A stretch of 64,000 bases of DNA. Source: Octopus vulgaris (taxonomy: Eukaryota). Below the pieces are notes generated by a model. That model worked only from the letters and a program-made list of their open reading frames with translations, was not told where the DNA came from and ran no database searches. Positions 35,501 to 48,084 of the stretch are shown here, piece after piece. Both the position numbers and the translations under genes were made by a program. Location: the NCBI GenBank assembly GCA_951406725.2, contig OX597822.1:59210001-59274000 (forward strand). Direction: 5' to 3'. Each line of letters starts with the position of its first letter. The first letter of the stretch is position 1.

Positions 35501-35961
35501 GGAATGCTTTACCTGTTCGCGAGAAGTTATCGCGGCACGGAGTTCCAGTGCCACCGACGTGTCCAAGGTGCGAGTTGGACGATGAAACCGTCCAGCACGC
35601 TTTTGTTCACTGTCGGAAGTTGTCCGACTTGATAAGTTACGCAGAACACGTGTTATCGCATCTGGGACGAGTACAGCTGTCGGCTGAGTCTATGATTAAG
35701 ATGATACCGCCAACTGGACTCTCGAAGGAAGGTGAGGCATGTTTTCACTGCACGGTTGCAGTGGTAAAGGAATGCATGTGGAGAACGAGAATGGAAGGAG
35801 CCGCGATAGGGTCCTTTGTCTCCGGCCCCAGCTTACTCACTTACTTCAGATATCATCTGAAGAGCAAAATGGGGCTGGAGAAGAGGACCTTACCGCGGGG
35901 TGTGTACGAGAAAAGATGGAAGGAAGTGGAAAGAAAGGTGGGTGTGAGAAACCCAGCTTGA
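32573..35961 (+). CDS. ORF2 APE-RT, unit 7 (T-run frameshift ~32930)
   Basis: ORFs 32573..32971 and 33082..35961. Confidence 0.9.
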
Positions 35962-36396
35962 CCATGGAGGAGAGAGAGGAAGTGGAAGCTGCAGGGCCTC
36001 ATAAATTGCCGGGGTGTAAAAGCGCCAGTGAGACTACAAGTTCACCTACTGTTGTTTGCTATACTAGTTATGCAAAGGTTATTATTTTATAACGAATTTA
36101 AACAAAATTTTTAAACGAATCTCTTAAATGTTTTTGTATGTATGTCCTGTATTTGTCCTTCTGTGTACCGATTTCATAATCTTAATAAAGAAATATCTTA
36201 TCAAGATGCCATCTCATTATTGCTTTCTTTTTCCGTCTGCGTTGTGAGAAAATTGCTGCCTCCATTTAAGAGAGTCGAAGTTGTGATATTATTGTGTGTG
36301 CTAACTATTTTGAACAGTGCCCGTTGTAAAACGGTAATTTTCGCCCTACGGGGCAGAAAATTTTGTATTACTTGAATTTTTGTTACCTTTGAGGTG

Positions 36397-37822
36397 ATGG
36401 AGTTCGACTTGACGTCGAAGGACGATTTTCCCGTGATGGGAAAAAGTGAAACCATGGAAAATCCAGTACCCAAACAGTCATTCTCGGCCGCGGTGGGCGG
36501 CGCCATGATAGAGGTCGAATTTAAGATCGAACAGCTATACGAATACAGGAATCTTGTAAAAGTGGAAGGAGGTGAGATAAGGCTTGTACCGCCGCAAGCG
36601 AAAGTACAAGAAATCAAGGAAAGAATTGTGATTTATAAAGTGTACAGCTTTAAAGAAAAAAAGATTATGGATGTGAAAAATGAAATTGTCGAGAAGTGCC
36701 TGTCCCCGGTGTGGGACAGAATTCGTCACATCGCGAGAGGTGCACGCAGTGCTACGGTAGAGGTGCACTTTGACACGGCAGAGGTGGCGAAAGAGGTGTC
36801 GTCGTTAACCCTAAAAAGCGACGACATCATGTTGCTACCCTCGTATATGGGGAAGCGAACTGCAAAGTTAGTGGTAGAAGACATACCCAGAGGGTACGAT
36901 ATCATGTGGGTGGCAGCGGCGGTCCTGCACAACATGGAACGTGAAATATCCATACTGCAAATGAGAAGGAAGGAGGTGGTACGGTGGAAGGGTCAGACTT
37001 TAGAACTCCTCGTACAGGCAGAGAACAAGATCTTGGAGAGCCTGCCTGACAGAATCTTTAATGAGGACGGTACGTCCATGAGAGTTTCGGTAGAGGGACG
37101 TAGACCCAGATGCTTCAAGTGTGGAGAGAAGGGTCACGTCCGATCCAACTGTATTAAGAAAAAAAGAACAGAAGAAACGCCTCCCCCAAGTGTACCTGTC
37201 ACTGAAGGGGAGGAAACAAGCAAAAACAACAAAACGACGAAGACAAGTACAGAAACAAAAACAGATCAAATAGAACTAATGGACTACACACAAGTCACTC
37301 ACAAAAGAAAAAAAGAGAATACCCAGGACTCCCCTCCCCAAACAAGGAAAAAAACAACAAATACAGCAGACACACACATCAAGCAAATCCCCCAACCCTA
37401 CCCCCATGGCACTGTTTTCATTGGAAAACAGTTTGCCAAGCCCCTCCCCATAAAACAAGACATAAAAAAGTGCATATTGAAAAACGAAAGAATAATAGCT
37501 TTCGATGAGAAAAATGAGAAAGTTTACAAATGCTGCAAACTTTCGAGATTTACACTGTATAGTAGAACCTCAGATGGGAAAGGCAACCGCTCGCTTCGCG
37601 AAGGTAGGGGAGAACGAGTGGAAGGAGGAGGTTCTTCAGGAACACCTGAGGAACCGTCTATTAAGAGATGTGACCAAGGAGGTAGTGGAGGGCAAACTGG
37701 CAATAACTCCGGCAACCACACCCACCCAGAGCCCAGTGGCAACGCCGGTCAAGAGCCCTGCAGCAACGGAAGAAAGGGAAGCAGACAGATTGAAACTGTC
37801 ATGCTCCCTTTCGCAACCGTGA
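36397..37822 (+). CDS. ORF1, unit 8 (1-bp insertion ~37580)
   Basis: ORFs 36394..37857 and 37505..37822. Confidence 0.85.
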
Positions 37823-37849
37823 GTACATTCATTTTCTCTCTCGCCCACA

Positions 37850-40800
37850 ATGGCTAAGCTGGGTTGTATAAATGTACGTGGAATGGGGTCGAAACGGAAA
37901 CAAATTTGTTTCCTGAACGACCTCACGACACACGGTATAGATATTGCTATTGCAACCGAGTCCAAGATGAGCGAGACCCAAGCGTTCTCGCCTCTTCTAA
38001 ATGGTTTCGAGAAATTTATTTCTCCTAGCCGAGGAAGAGGCAGAGGCGTGGCAGTCTTCATCAGGAAGAGCTTGGACTTGCAGGTAAGTACTGTCTTTCT
38101 GGATCCAGAAGGCAGGCTGGTTGTCCTGGATGTGACTCACGTAAGTAAACAGTCCTTCAGGTTGGGAGCTGTCTACGCCCCGAACGAGGGTAGACAGACG
38201 GGTTTTTTTCGGAACCTGGAGCCCTTTCTGGCGACGTCGAAAACAGTAATCCTAGTAGGGGACTTTAACACTGTCCTTGAAGCGCACATCGACAATGTTG
38301 GCTCAACCAATAGGAAGGGGAACCCTAGCCTCAAGGGTCTACTAGAGAGCTTTGATCTAGTGGACCGTTACCGACTGGATGAGCCGAGCGTTCCACAGTG
38401 GACGTGGAGTAACAACGACGGCTCACACAGATCGTATCTAGATAGGATATTTATTAAGAAAAGAGATAAGGATACGTTTAGTTGTCCACAATTTCATATT
38501 GTACCTTACTCGGATCACAAGTTTGTGACGTGTGAGGTGCAATTAGACAAGTGTCATAGACAGGGACCCGGGTACTGGAAGCTGAACAAGGCTATTTTGA
38601 ATTGTGAAGACTTCCGTACCCGGATTAAGGTGTTAGTTCAGAGGGCATTGTGTGGCACCATCATTAACAATAGATGGTGGCACGCCCTCAAAAGAGCCAT
38701 TCGTTTAGAGTCCGTCAGATTTAGCAATCAGCTAAGGATAGATAGGGCTAGTCTAGAGGGCGATTTAGTTAAGAATCTAGACGAGGCAATGGAAGCTGGC
38801 TCTGCATCCGGAGTGTTGGCGGCAAGGACGGTATTGTACCGTCACCTTAACTCCAAACACGAAGGTTGCAGAGTCAGAGCTAAGCTGCGCGCTGGAAAAC
38901 GAGAAGGTATTAACGTGGCCGGATGGGCCCGTCGTGTGGAGAGTAAGAGAGGCAATAGAGCCTCAATCAAATCTTTGACTGACGAACAGGGACTAAAGAT
39001 CTATGGACAGGAGGAGATGCAAAAGTTTCTTCACCAGCATTTCGCTCGCGTGTTCGGGGGTGGTGGTTCGCTGGATCGGGGGAGGGCCTTAAAGGACTTC
39101 CTGGCCGGCGGACCGCGGCTCGCGGGGCGTGAGGTGGAGTGCTGTGAAGGAGCGATCACTCCCGCGGAGATAAAGGAGATACTGGCCGGATGCGCCGGGG
39201 AGAAGTCGCCGGGGTTGGATGGTCTGCCCTACGAGTTTTACCAAAGTATGCCGGACTTGTTCGGGGGAATACTGGCGGGCGTCTACACGAACTGGCAGCA
39301 GAATGGGAGAATTCCCAGTTCTGTAAGCCGGGGAGTGGTGACGCTAATCCAGAAAGACCCGAGCAAGGGGGATAATATTAGTAACTACAGGCCCATAACT
39401 CTACTTAATGTAGAGTTAAAGATTCTGGCCAAGGTGTTAGCAAAAAGGTTGACGGTTGTCGTGGAGAAACTTGTAGGGAGAGCACAGACATGTGCAATTC
39501 CAGGCAGGTCGATCCAGGACAATCTTCACCTTATACGCTACACCTTAGATAGGGTGGGTAAATTAGCCGGCAAAGGCGGGGTAATGGTTCATTTAGACCA
39601 AAGTAAAGCCTTCGATAGGGTAGACCACGGGTACCTGGCGACGGTCCTCGAAGCGACTGGGCTGGGCCCTGAATTTCGCGGGTGGAGCTCCGCTATGTAT
39701 AGCGGCATCAAGTCCACCGTCCAGATAAACGGTTACCTAACGGAACCGTTTTCGATCAAGTGTTCAGTGCGTCAGGGGTGCCCCTTGTCACCACTTTTGT
39801 ACGTATTGGCTCTTGAGCCACTGCTGCGAAAGTTGGAGAGGCTGGGGAGTAACTCGGATGAAATCGGAGGTGGGAGGACGGTTACTGCTTATGCGGACGA
39901 CGTCACCCTCATCGTGTCCAAAGAGGCCCAACTACCTTGTGTAGAGGAGGCTATCAGAGGATACGAGGCGGTGGCAGGAGCAAAGGTTAACAAGGACAAG
40001 TCGGTTGGCTTGCGCCTCGGCACCTGGAGGAGCAAGCCGATATCGTCCAGTGTCGTGGGACACTGGACGGATGGCCCTGTTAAGTTGCTGGGAGTTTGGT
40101 TTGGACCAGACTCCCAAACGGAGAAGAACTGGAGTGAGGTGACGAGCAAGGTGGAGGCCATAGTACGGACCTGGTCCGGAAGGTCTCTGTCCTTGAAAGG
40201 AAAGGCGGAGGTGGTACAGATGTTCATTGCATCTGTAATCACCTACCGCCTGACCGTTGTCCCTTGCCCCGATTCATGGCTTAACAAGTTGGGACGAATC
40301 CTTTTCCGCTTTTTGTGGAAAGGAGGAAAGCCACTTGTGAGACGCTCCGTTTGCTGCCAAGAACCGTTAAAGGGTGGGTTAGGGATGCCTTGGTTGATGA
40401 TGCGCAGACATGCGTTGAGGCTAAGGCACCTCTGGCACCACCTGGAGGGTGATAAGGTGTGGAGTCCGCTGGCAGAGGGATTTTTCCCGAGACCGGCCTC
40501 CTTAGTGAAATTTAAACCCGGTTACATCAAAAGATGGAAACTGACTCCATGGCAAAAGGAGTGCCGACAGGCACTCACGCTGATCCACAGGACGGGCAAG
40601 GCCGGCTGCGGAAATACCACCTCGGTATTTTATAGAGGGCTGGTGGAGGCAAAAAATGACGACGTCCTAGGAGGGGCTCTGGGGTTCGATGAAGACCAGC
40701 TCGCCAACCTGTTTAAAAAACTTTCAGGTCGGGGTATTTGGATAATTTCCAAAGATCCCTGGCCTGGCAGTGCTACAGGAATGCTTTACCTGTTCGCGAG

Positions 40801-41238
40801 AAGTTATCGCGGCACGGAGTTCCAGTGCCACCGACGTGTCCAAGGTGCGAGTTGGACGATGAAACCGTCCAGCACGCTTTTGTTCACTGTCGGAAGTTGT
40901 CCGACTTGATAAGTTACGCAGAACACGTGTTATCGCATCTGGGACGAGTACAGCTGTCGGCTGAGTCTATGATTAAGATGATACCGCCAACTGGACTCTC
41001 GAAGGAAGGTGAGGCATGTTTTCACTGCACGGTTGCAGTGGTAAAGGAATGCATGTGGAGAACGAGAATGGAAGGAGCCGCGATAGGGTCCTTTGTCTCC
41101 GGCCCCAGCTTACTCACTTACTTCAGATATCATCTGAAGAGCAAAATGGGGCTGGAGAAGAGGACCTTACCGCGGGGTGTGTACGAGAAAAGATGGAAGG
41201 AAGTGGAAAGAAAGGTGGGTGTGAGAAACCCAGCTTGA
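37850..41238 (+). CDS. ORF2 APE-RT, unit 8 (A-run frameshift ~40718)
   Basis: ORFs 37850..40909 and 40738..41238. Confidence 0.9.
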
Positions 41239-41674
41239 CCATGGAGGAGAGAGAGGAAGTGGAAGCTGCAGGGCCTCATAAATTGCCGGGGTGTAAAAGC
41301 GCCAGTGAGACTACAAGTTCACCTACTGTTGTTTGCTATACTAGTTATGCAAAGGTTATTATTTTATAACGAATTTAAACAAAATTTTTAAACGAATCTC
41401 TTAAATGTTTTTGTATGTATGTCCTGTATTTGTCCTTCTGTGTACCGATTTTCATAATCTTAATAAAGAAATATCTTATCAAGATGCCATCTCATTATTG
41501 CTTTCTTTTTCCGTCTGCGTTGTGAGAAAATTGCTGCCTCCATTTAAGAGAGTCGAAGTTGTGATATTATTGTGTGTGCTAACTATTTTGAACAGTGCCC
41601 GTTGTAAAACGGTAATTTTCGCCCTACGGGGCAGAAAATTTTGTATTACTTGAATTTTTGTTACCTTTGAGGTG

Positions 41675-43099
41675 ATGGAGTTCGACTTGACGTCGAAGGA
41701 CGATTTTCCCGTGATGGGAAAAAGTGAAACCATGGAAAACCCAGTACCCAAACAGTCATTCTCGGCCGCGGTAGGCGGCGCCATGATAGAGGTCGAATTT
41801 AAGATCGAACAGCTATACGAATACAGGAATCTTGTAAAAGTGGAAGGAGGTGAGATAAGGCTTGTACCGCCGCAAGCGAAAGTACAAGAAATCAAGGAAA
41901 GAATTGTGATTATAAAGTGTACAACTTTAAAGAAAAAAAGATTATGGATGTGAAAAATGAAATTGTCGAGAAGTGCCTGTCCCCGGTGTGGGACAGAATT
42001 CGTCACATCGCGAGAGGTGCACGCAGTGCTACGGTCGAGGTGCACTTTGACACGGCAGAGGTGGCGAAAGAGGTGTCGTCGTTAACCCTAAAAAGCGACG
42101 ACATCATGTTGCTACCCTCGTATATGGGGAAGCGAACTGCAAAGTTAGTGGTAGAAGACATACCCAGAGGGTACGATATCATGTGGGTGGCAGCGGCGGT
42201 CCTGCACAACATGGAACGTGAAATATCCAATACTGCAAATGAGAAGGAAGGAGGTGGTACGGTGGAAGGGTCAGACTTTAGAACTCCTCGTACAGGCAGA
42301 GAACAAGATCTTGGAGAGCCTGCCTGACAGAATCTTTAATGAGGACGGTACGTCCATGAGAGTTTCGGTGGAGGGACGTAGACCCAGATGCTTCAAGTGT
42401 GGAGAGAAGGGTCACGTCCGATCCAACTGTATTAAGAAAAAAAGAACAGAAGAAACGCCTCCCCCAAGTGTACCTGTCACTGAAGGGGAGGAAACAAGCA
42501 AAAACAACAAAATGAAGAAGACAAGTACGGAAACAAAAACGGATTCAATAGAACCAATGGACTACACACAAGTCACTCACAAAAGAAAAAAGAGAATACC
42601 CAGGACTCCCCTCCCCAAACAAGGAAAAAAACAACAAACACAGCAGACACACACATCAAGCAAATCCCCCAACCCTACCCCCATGGCACTGTTTTCATTG
42701 GAAAACAGTTTGCCAAACCCCTCCCCATAAAACAAGACATAAAAAAGTGCATATTGAAAAACGAAAGAATAATAGCTTTCGATGAGAAAAAATGAGAAAG
42801 TTTACAAATGCTGCAAACTTTCGAGATTTACACTGTATAGTAGAACCTCAGATGGGAAGGCAACCGCTCGCTTCGCGAAGGTAGGGGAGAACGAGTGGAA
42901 GGAGGAGGTTCTTCAGGAACACCTGAGGAACCGTCTATTAAGAGATGTGACCAAGGAGGTAATGGAGGGCAAACTGGCAATAACTCCGGCAACCACACCC
43001 ACCCAGAGCCCAGTGGCAACGCCGGTCAAGAGCCCTGCAGCAACGGAAGAAAGGGAAGCAGGCAGATTGAAACTGTCATGCTCCCTTTCGCAACCGTGA
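41675..43099 (+). CDS. ORF1, unit 9 (several 1-bp indels near the contig end)
   Basis: Fragments 41672..41953, 41917..42327, 42218..42730 and 42782..43099. Confidence 0.8.
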
Positions 43100-43127
43100 G
43101 TACATTCATTTTTCTCTCTAACCCACA

Positions 43128-43345
43128 ATGGCTAAGCTGGGTTGTATAAATGTACGTGGAATGGGGTCGAAACGGAAACAAATTTGTTTCCTGAACGACC
43201 TCACGACACACGGTGTAGATATTGCTATTGCAACCGAGTCCAAGATGAGCGAGACCCAAGCGTTCTCGCCTCTTCTAAATGGTTTCGAGAAATTTATTTC
43301 TCCTAGCCGAGGAAGGAGGCAGAGGCGTGGCAGTCTTCATCAGGA
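43128..43345 (+). CDS. ORF2 N-terminus, unit 9 (cut by gap)
   Basis: MAKLGCINVRG... up to the N run. Confidence 0.85.
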
Positions 43346-43445
43346 NNNNNNNNNNNNNNNNNNNNNNNNNNNNNNNNNNNNNNNNNNNNNNNNNNNNNNN
43401 NNNNNNNNNNNNNNNNNNNNNNNNNNNNNNNNNNNNNNNNNNNNN
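43346..43445. other. Assembly gap (100 N)
   Basis: Run of Ns; a round length typical of a scaffold join of unknown size. Confidence 0.99.
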
Positions 43446-44180
43446 CTTTTAGATCAGTCCCTCCATATGTTTAATGTTTCACCTGTTAGCGTTAGTGATA
43501 TAGGGACAGAAGGGAGGTAGAAGTAGAGAGAATATGTAATAGCATGAAAATTGGGTTCACCACAGGAGTCCTTGCTAAGCTATACGCACGCGCTCGTGCA
43601 CACACTCACACACACACACAGTATGTATGTACTTAGGTGTGTATGTATGTTTGTATTTATATGTGTATTTATATGTGTATGCGCGCGCGTGTGTGTGTAT
43701 GTGTGTATATATGTATGTATCTTCTCTTCTATTTTTAATTATTCAATGTTTTCCTGTAAGGAAGGAGCTGTTTCTGATAAAGATGTAAAGTTCCACCGTT
43801 GGAATGAAAGCGTGTTTTCACATTTTATCCATTAGAATTCTTCCTCGATGGAGGTTAGTTGAGTTCTAACAGAAGAACCAGAAGCTCCATTAATGGCATT
43901 TGGATAATAACAATGATAATTGTTGCGTATTGAACTTTTGGAACGTCTTACTACTCTTTACCGAGGACCTCTGTAAAGTGCGGTGTTAGCCGGTTTCTTC
44001 ATTTGCTGAAGAGCCTACTAGCATTTCAATACATACATACATACATACATACGCGCACGCACGCACGCACACACACACACAGAGGAGAACTCAACGACTG
44101 GAATTTAAGTATTACATTTGATTCTTTAATTACGATCATTTCAATACTACATGGAATATACATTTCAAGAATATCAATAG

Positions 44181-44907
44181 GATCTTTTCTATTTGGTTGC
44201 ATGTGAGGAAATTTCAAAGTTTATTGAAAATTTTAAAATTTAGTTATTAATGTATTTTTCCAAGCTGAATCGCTGGAGATATTTCACTCTTTTCAGATAA
44301 AAATTTAAAAAAAAGTTATAGAGGTCTAAAGGTTGATAATTTTCACCCAGTCAGAAAACAGGATTTGGAAGCTGTCATTTTGTGCATGACAGCATGTGTT
44401 GTCAACTGTAAACAAATGAATTACTGGCGGAATTCTGCTTTACGCATGCCATATAATCCCTCATAACTTTTTTTTATTTTTTGGTATTTTCAGAAAATTT
44501 TTACGTATTCTACACACGGGAATTCATACAATTATGCAAAAACCAAAACAAAAAATTAGGGGTCGTGATTTAAGGCCTATTTAGCTGTTATTTTTAACAC
44601 ATCTCACCACCACCGCAATGAGTAGAATATATTTGTCAACACATGCTTTCTCGCAGACAAAAGAGTTCTCATGCTTGGCTTATTACTATGGAAACAGGTA
44701 TAAATGTATGTCTGTGGCTTACAGCTGGTTAAAATCACCCAAAATTTGCAAACTTTAAAAGCTATTAACTCTTTATTTGTTGATTTATGGCGAAAACGAA
44801 CTTCATGGCATTGATTAACATATAAAACTATATCATTACACTGAATATGAAATCAATACGAACAGAAATTGAAAAGATTGAAAATTGGCCGCCAAACAGA
44901 AAAGATC
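44181..44907. mobile_element. Non-autonomous DNA transposon/MITE with 16-bp TIRs
   Basis: GATCTTTTCTATTTGG (44181-44196) and CCAAACAGAAAAGATC (44892-44907) are a 15/16 inverted match. No coding capacity; the TSD is unclear. Confidence 0.6.
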
Positions 44908-45017
44908 ACATTAATATTATAATAAGCATAAATGAATGGATGTATCATGATATATGAATATAAACTATGTGCATATCCTCAAAAAGTAAAAAGTATATAT
45001 ATATATATATATATATA

Positions 45018-45179
45018 GGCGCAGGAGTGGCTGTGTGGTAAGTAGCTTGTTTACCAACCACATGGTTCTGGGTTCAGTCCCACTGCGTGGCACCTTGGGC
45101 AAGTGTCTTCTACTATAGCCTCGAGCCAACCAATGCCTTGTGAGTGGATTTGGTAGACGGAAACTGAAAGAAGCCCGTC

Positions 45180-45238
<59 letters not shown>

Positions 45239-45470
45239 TGTGTGTGTTTGTGTGTCTGTGTTTGTCCCCCTAGCATTGCTTGACAACCGATGCTGGTGTG
45301 TTTATGTCCCCGTCACTTAGCGGTTCGGCAAAAGAGACCGATAGAATAAGTACTGGACTTACAAAAAGAATAAGTCCCGGGGTCGAGTTGCTCGATTAAA
45401 GGCGGTGCTCCAGCATGGCCGTAGTCAAATGACTGAAACAAGTAAAAGAGTAAAAAAGTAAAAGAGAGAG
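45018..45470 (+). mobile_element. tRNA-derived SINE with internal (TA)n and an RTE-like 3' tail
   Basis: A-box TGGCTGTGTGG, B-box GGTTCAGTCCC, CORE-like CACCTTGGGCAAGT, and a tail GGCGGTGCTCCAGCATGGCC...TGACTGAAACAAGTAAAAGA with short terminal repeats. Resembles abundant octopus SINEs (recognised from memory). Confidence 0.8.
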
Positions 45471-45785
45471 TATATATGGTAGTGTTCATCGCAACTTTAA
45501 CGTGGGTGTTCTCTGAGAACCGACGATATAACTATTTTAACCCCAATGAGACATCTCCAGTTGGCTTATTCAGTGCGCTCTCACACTCAATATTCATTGC
45601 AAGCGGGGGTGAACTCCTGCCACTGAATCACCTGATTTCGATTTTATCGAATCACTTCAGCTGTGGGCACTCTTTCGCCAGACACGGCATTAGCCTACAA
45701 TACACAGAAAATAGTGTCATGCAATTACTGACTTTGTAACTAGCAAAATTCTCTGCTTACCGCGAAATCCACAAATTATTTAAAA

Positions 45786-46067
45786 TTCTCTCTCTGTTTA
45801 TTTCCTCGTGTTCCTTTCTTTTGAAAAGCGTAGGCTCGAAACGTAAAAGACTTTCTCACCTTCCCGAGCGACAAATTAATACACCTGCTTGTCGTTTATA
45901 CACCTGTCTTCGTCATTTGCTTTTCTATAAATTTCAACCACACACACACACACACACACACATGTATGTATATATAGTTTGACGTTCGGGAAGGTGAGGA
46001 AGTCTTTTACGTTTCGAACCTACGCTCTTCAACAGAAAGGAATACGAGGAAATAAACAGAGAGAGAA
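45786..46067. mobile_element. Inverted pair (~92 bp arms) of Penelope-like terminal repeat with degenerate minimal hammerhead motif
   Basis: 45786-45880 is the reverse complement of 45976-46067. The minus arm reads CTTT-CTGTTGA-A-GAGC-GTAG-GTTC-GAAA-CG-TA-AAAG. Confidence 0.6.
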
Positions 46068-46904
46068 TGAAACTTTTGGAGTTAGCGGTCGAGACGACTT
46101 GTGAAGTCAATAGAATACAACGCTCCCGTGGGTGCAAATTATTATTCTTCAATGTAAGTTCTGAGTGGTGGTCTTTTACGTAGGTACGGGAAATGCAGGC
46201 TCACATTATCTAGTGTGCTCCTTTTCTGGACGACGGAAGGCTGTAGTTTAAGGGATTTTTGGTGCTATTTCTCGCAGGCCGTGTGACCTCGTAGTGACTC
46301 CCTCGGAGTCTCGTTTCGGTTTTAATTTCAATGGTAAATATTGCAGAAGAAATAATTGCTCTAATGGCAGTAGTGATAACAACTCGTAGTTGTTATGATG
46401 ATGATGAATATGATGATGTGGTTTTTAGTTGTAGTAGTAGTAGTAGTTGTTGTTGTTGTTGTTGTTGTTGTGATGATAATTTAGTTGTAGCAAAAGAACA
46501 ATAAAATGGAAGAGAGTTCGCCAGAAGGCAGGATGGGGTGTGGTAGAACGAATAAAATGTTTGCAGAGGAGTTATAGAAGAAATTTATAAGTTTAATAGC
46601 TACTGTGAGGAAATAATCTATTGTTTCAGGTTAATGTCCTTCGTCAGAGAGTAGGCAAAATAAATGAGGATCTTTTTTTAGGAAATCGACCAAAGCAACA
46701 ACATTCTCAGGTAAAGGGCAACGTACCGAAATGTCGGGTGATTCACTTTTCATTGAAAATGAATTTCTATAAACACTTCTAGTAATTAATTATTGATAGC
46801 ATAGACCATCACCAGATTACTTGGATTCCGGATTTTACATCACAAAGTCGGTCAATTCCGTTCTGCTATCTCTCTAAAATCTCCAGATGAGGAAGAGAAA
46901 AACA

Positions 46905-47235
46905 AATTGTTTGTGTATGTGTGTTTGTCTGTGTGTGTGTGTTAGGGAAAGAGAGGAAGAAAGAGAGAGAGAGAGGGGGGGCAGAGAGGGAGAGAGAAAG
47001 AGAAAGAAAGCATGTTTGTGTGCATGCATGTGTATCTATTCTGACGCCTACTTACAGAAAGTGTCTGCGTAATGCAGGCGAAGAAGGGGCAGAGAAAGAG
47101 AGAGTAAGAGAGAAAGAGAGAGAGAGAGAGAGAGGGGGGGCAGGAGTAAGAGTTAGAGATAGAGATGTAGAGAATGGAGAGGGGTGGAAGCAAAGAAGTA
47201 GAGAACATAAAGGAAGTAGGGAGAATAAAAGAGAC
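46905..47235. repeat. (TG)n / (GA)n-rich simple repeats
   Basis: Seen directly. Confidence 0.85.
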
Positions 47236-48084
47236 AATAAATGTTTTATAGTTTGTTTGTTTTTTGGTTTTCTTTTGCGCGCATTTTGTCTATAAATAAT
47301 TTGTATTATTCAGTTGATTTGTATATCGGTACAGAAACGAAGTATAATGTTATGGCTATTTCTTATATACGCGCATGGTTTAATTCCACTGGAGCGGGAA
47401 AATAAGTTTAGAAAATGTTTATACCTTACTATAAGTATAAACTAATAATGGTTTCATATTTTGGCACAAAACCAGAAGGATCTTTGTGATTTTCACCACT
47501 GTTCCAGTTGTTTTCAAATTTAGTATATGAATTAAGTTTTGCATAGTAATTATGAAAATGAAATTCATCTTTCCTATAAATTCATAATTAAAAAGTTATC
47601 AGCCTTTAAAATTTGCAGAATTTGGGCATTTTAGCCATTCGAAAGCGAGTATTTTAGACATCACCGTAGCGAAGAAGTCTGTTTCTGTTGTAACTAAAGC
47701 AAAGAAGCACCACGTGTTCCATAGCTGACTGCGAAGAACTCTCTTTCCATAGTAACCAAAGATGCTGCACATGCGCACAAGGAGTGTAACCACCACTTGT
47801 TCTATAATTGTTTGTTTTCATAACACTTGGGACTCACACTCAACAAATTGAAAGTACTTGGGCATGGTTGACTCTTATTGTGGATTTAAGTGGAGAAGGA
47901 GATGCAAGAAAGATAATTTATTTTACAAAATCCTTGAGTGTATTGCAAACTTTCGTCCTTGAATTCTTTAACCTAATAAATGTCTGTTTTAAACAATGTT
48001 TTGACTGTCATCTCTAGCAACTCCTGTTGGTTTTGTTCGTAGCTCTTAAATATTAAATTTGCTCCCGAATGTTTTCATATTTTT

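Larger units (their letters stand above)
30936..36214 (+). mobile_element. Tx1-like LINE unit 7 (full length)
   Basis: Complete unit between the junctions at 30905 and 36184. Confidence 0.93.
36215..41492 (+). mobile_element. Tx1-like LINE unit 8 (full length)
   Basis: Complete unit between the junctions at 36184 and 41462. Confidence 0.93.
1..43345 (+). repeat. Head-to-tail tandem array of ~5.28-kb L1/Tx1-clade non-LTR retrotransposons (>=9 units, open at both ends)
   Basis: The junction AATAAAGAAATA(G/T)CTTATCAAGATGCCATCTCATT recurs with AATAAA at 4509, 9783, 15074, 20351, 25627, 30905, 36184 and 41462 (period 5274-5291). The ORF1/ORF2 translations repeat in every unit. Confidence 0.98.
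41493..43345 (+). mobile_element. Tx1-like LINE unit 9 (cut by assembly gap)
   Basis: 5'UTR, ORF1 and the first ~70 codons of ORF2, followed by Ns. Confidence 0.92.
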
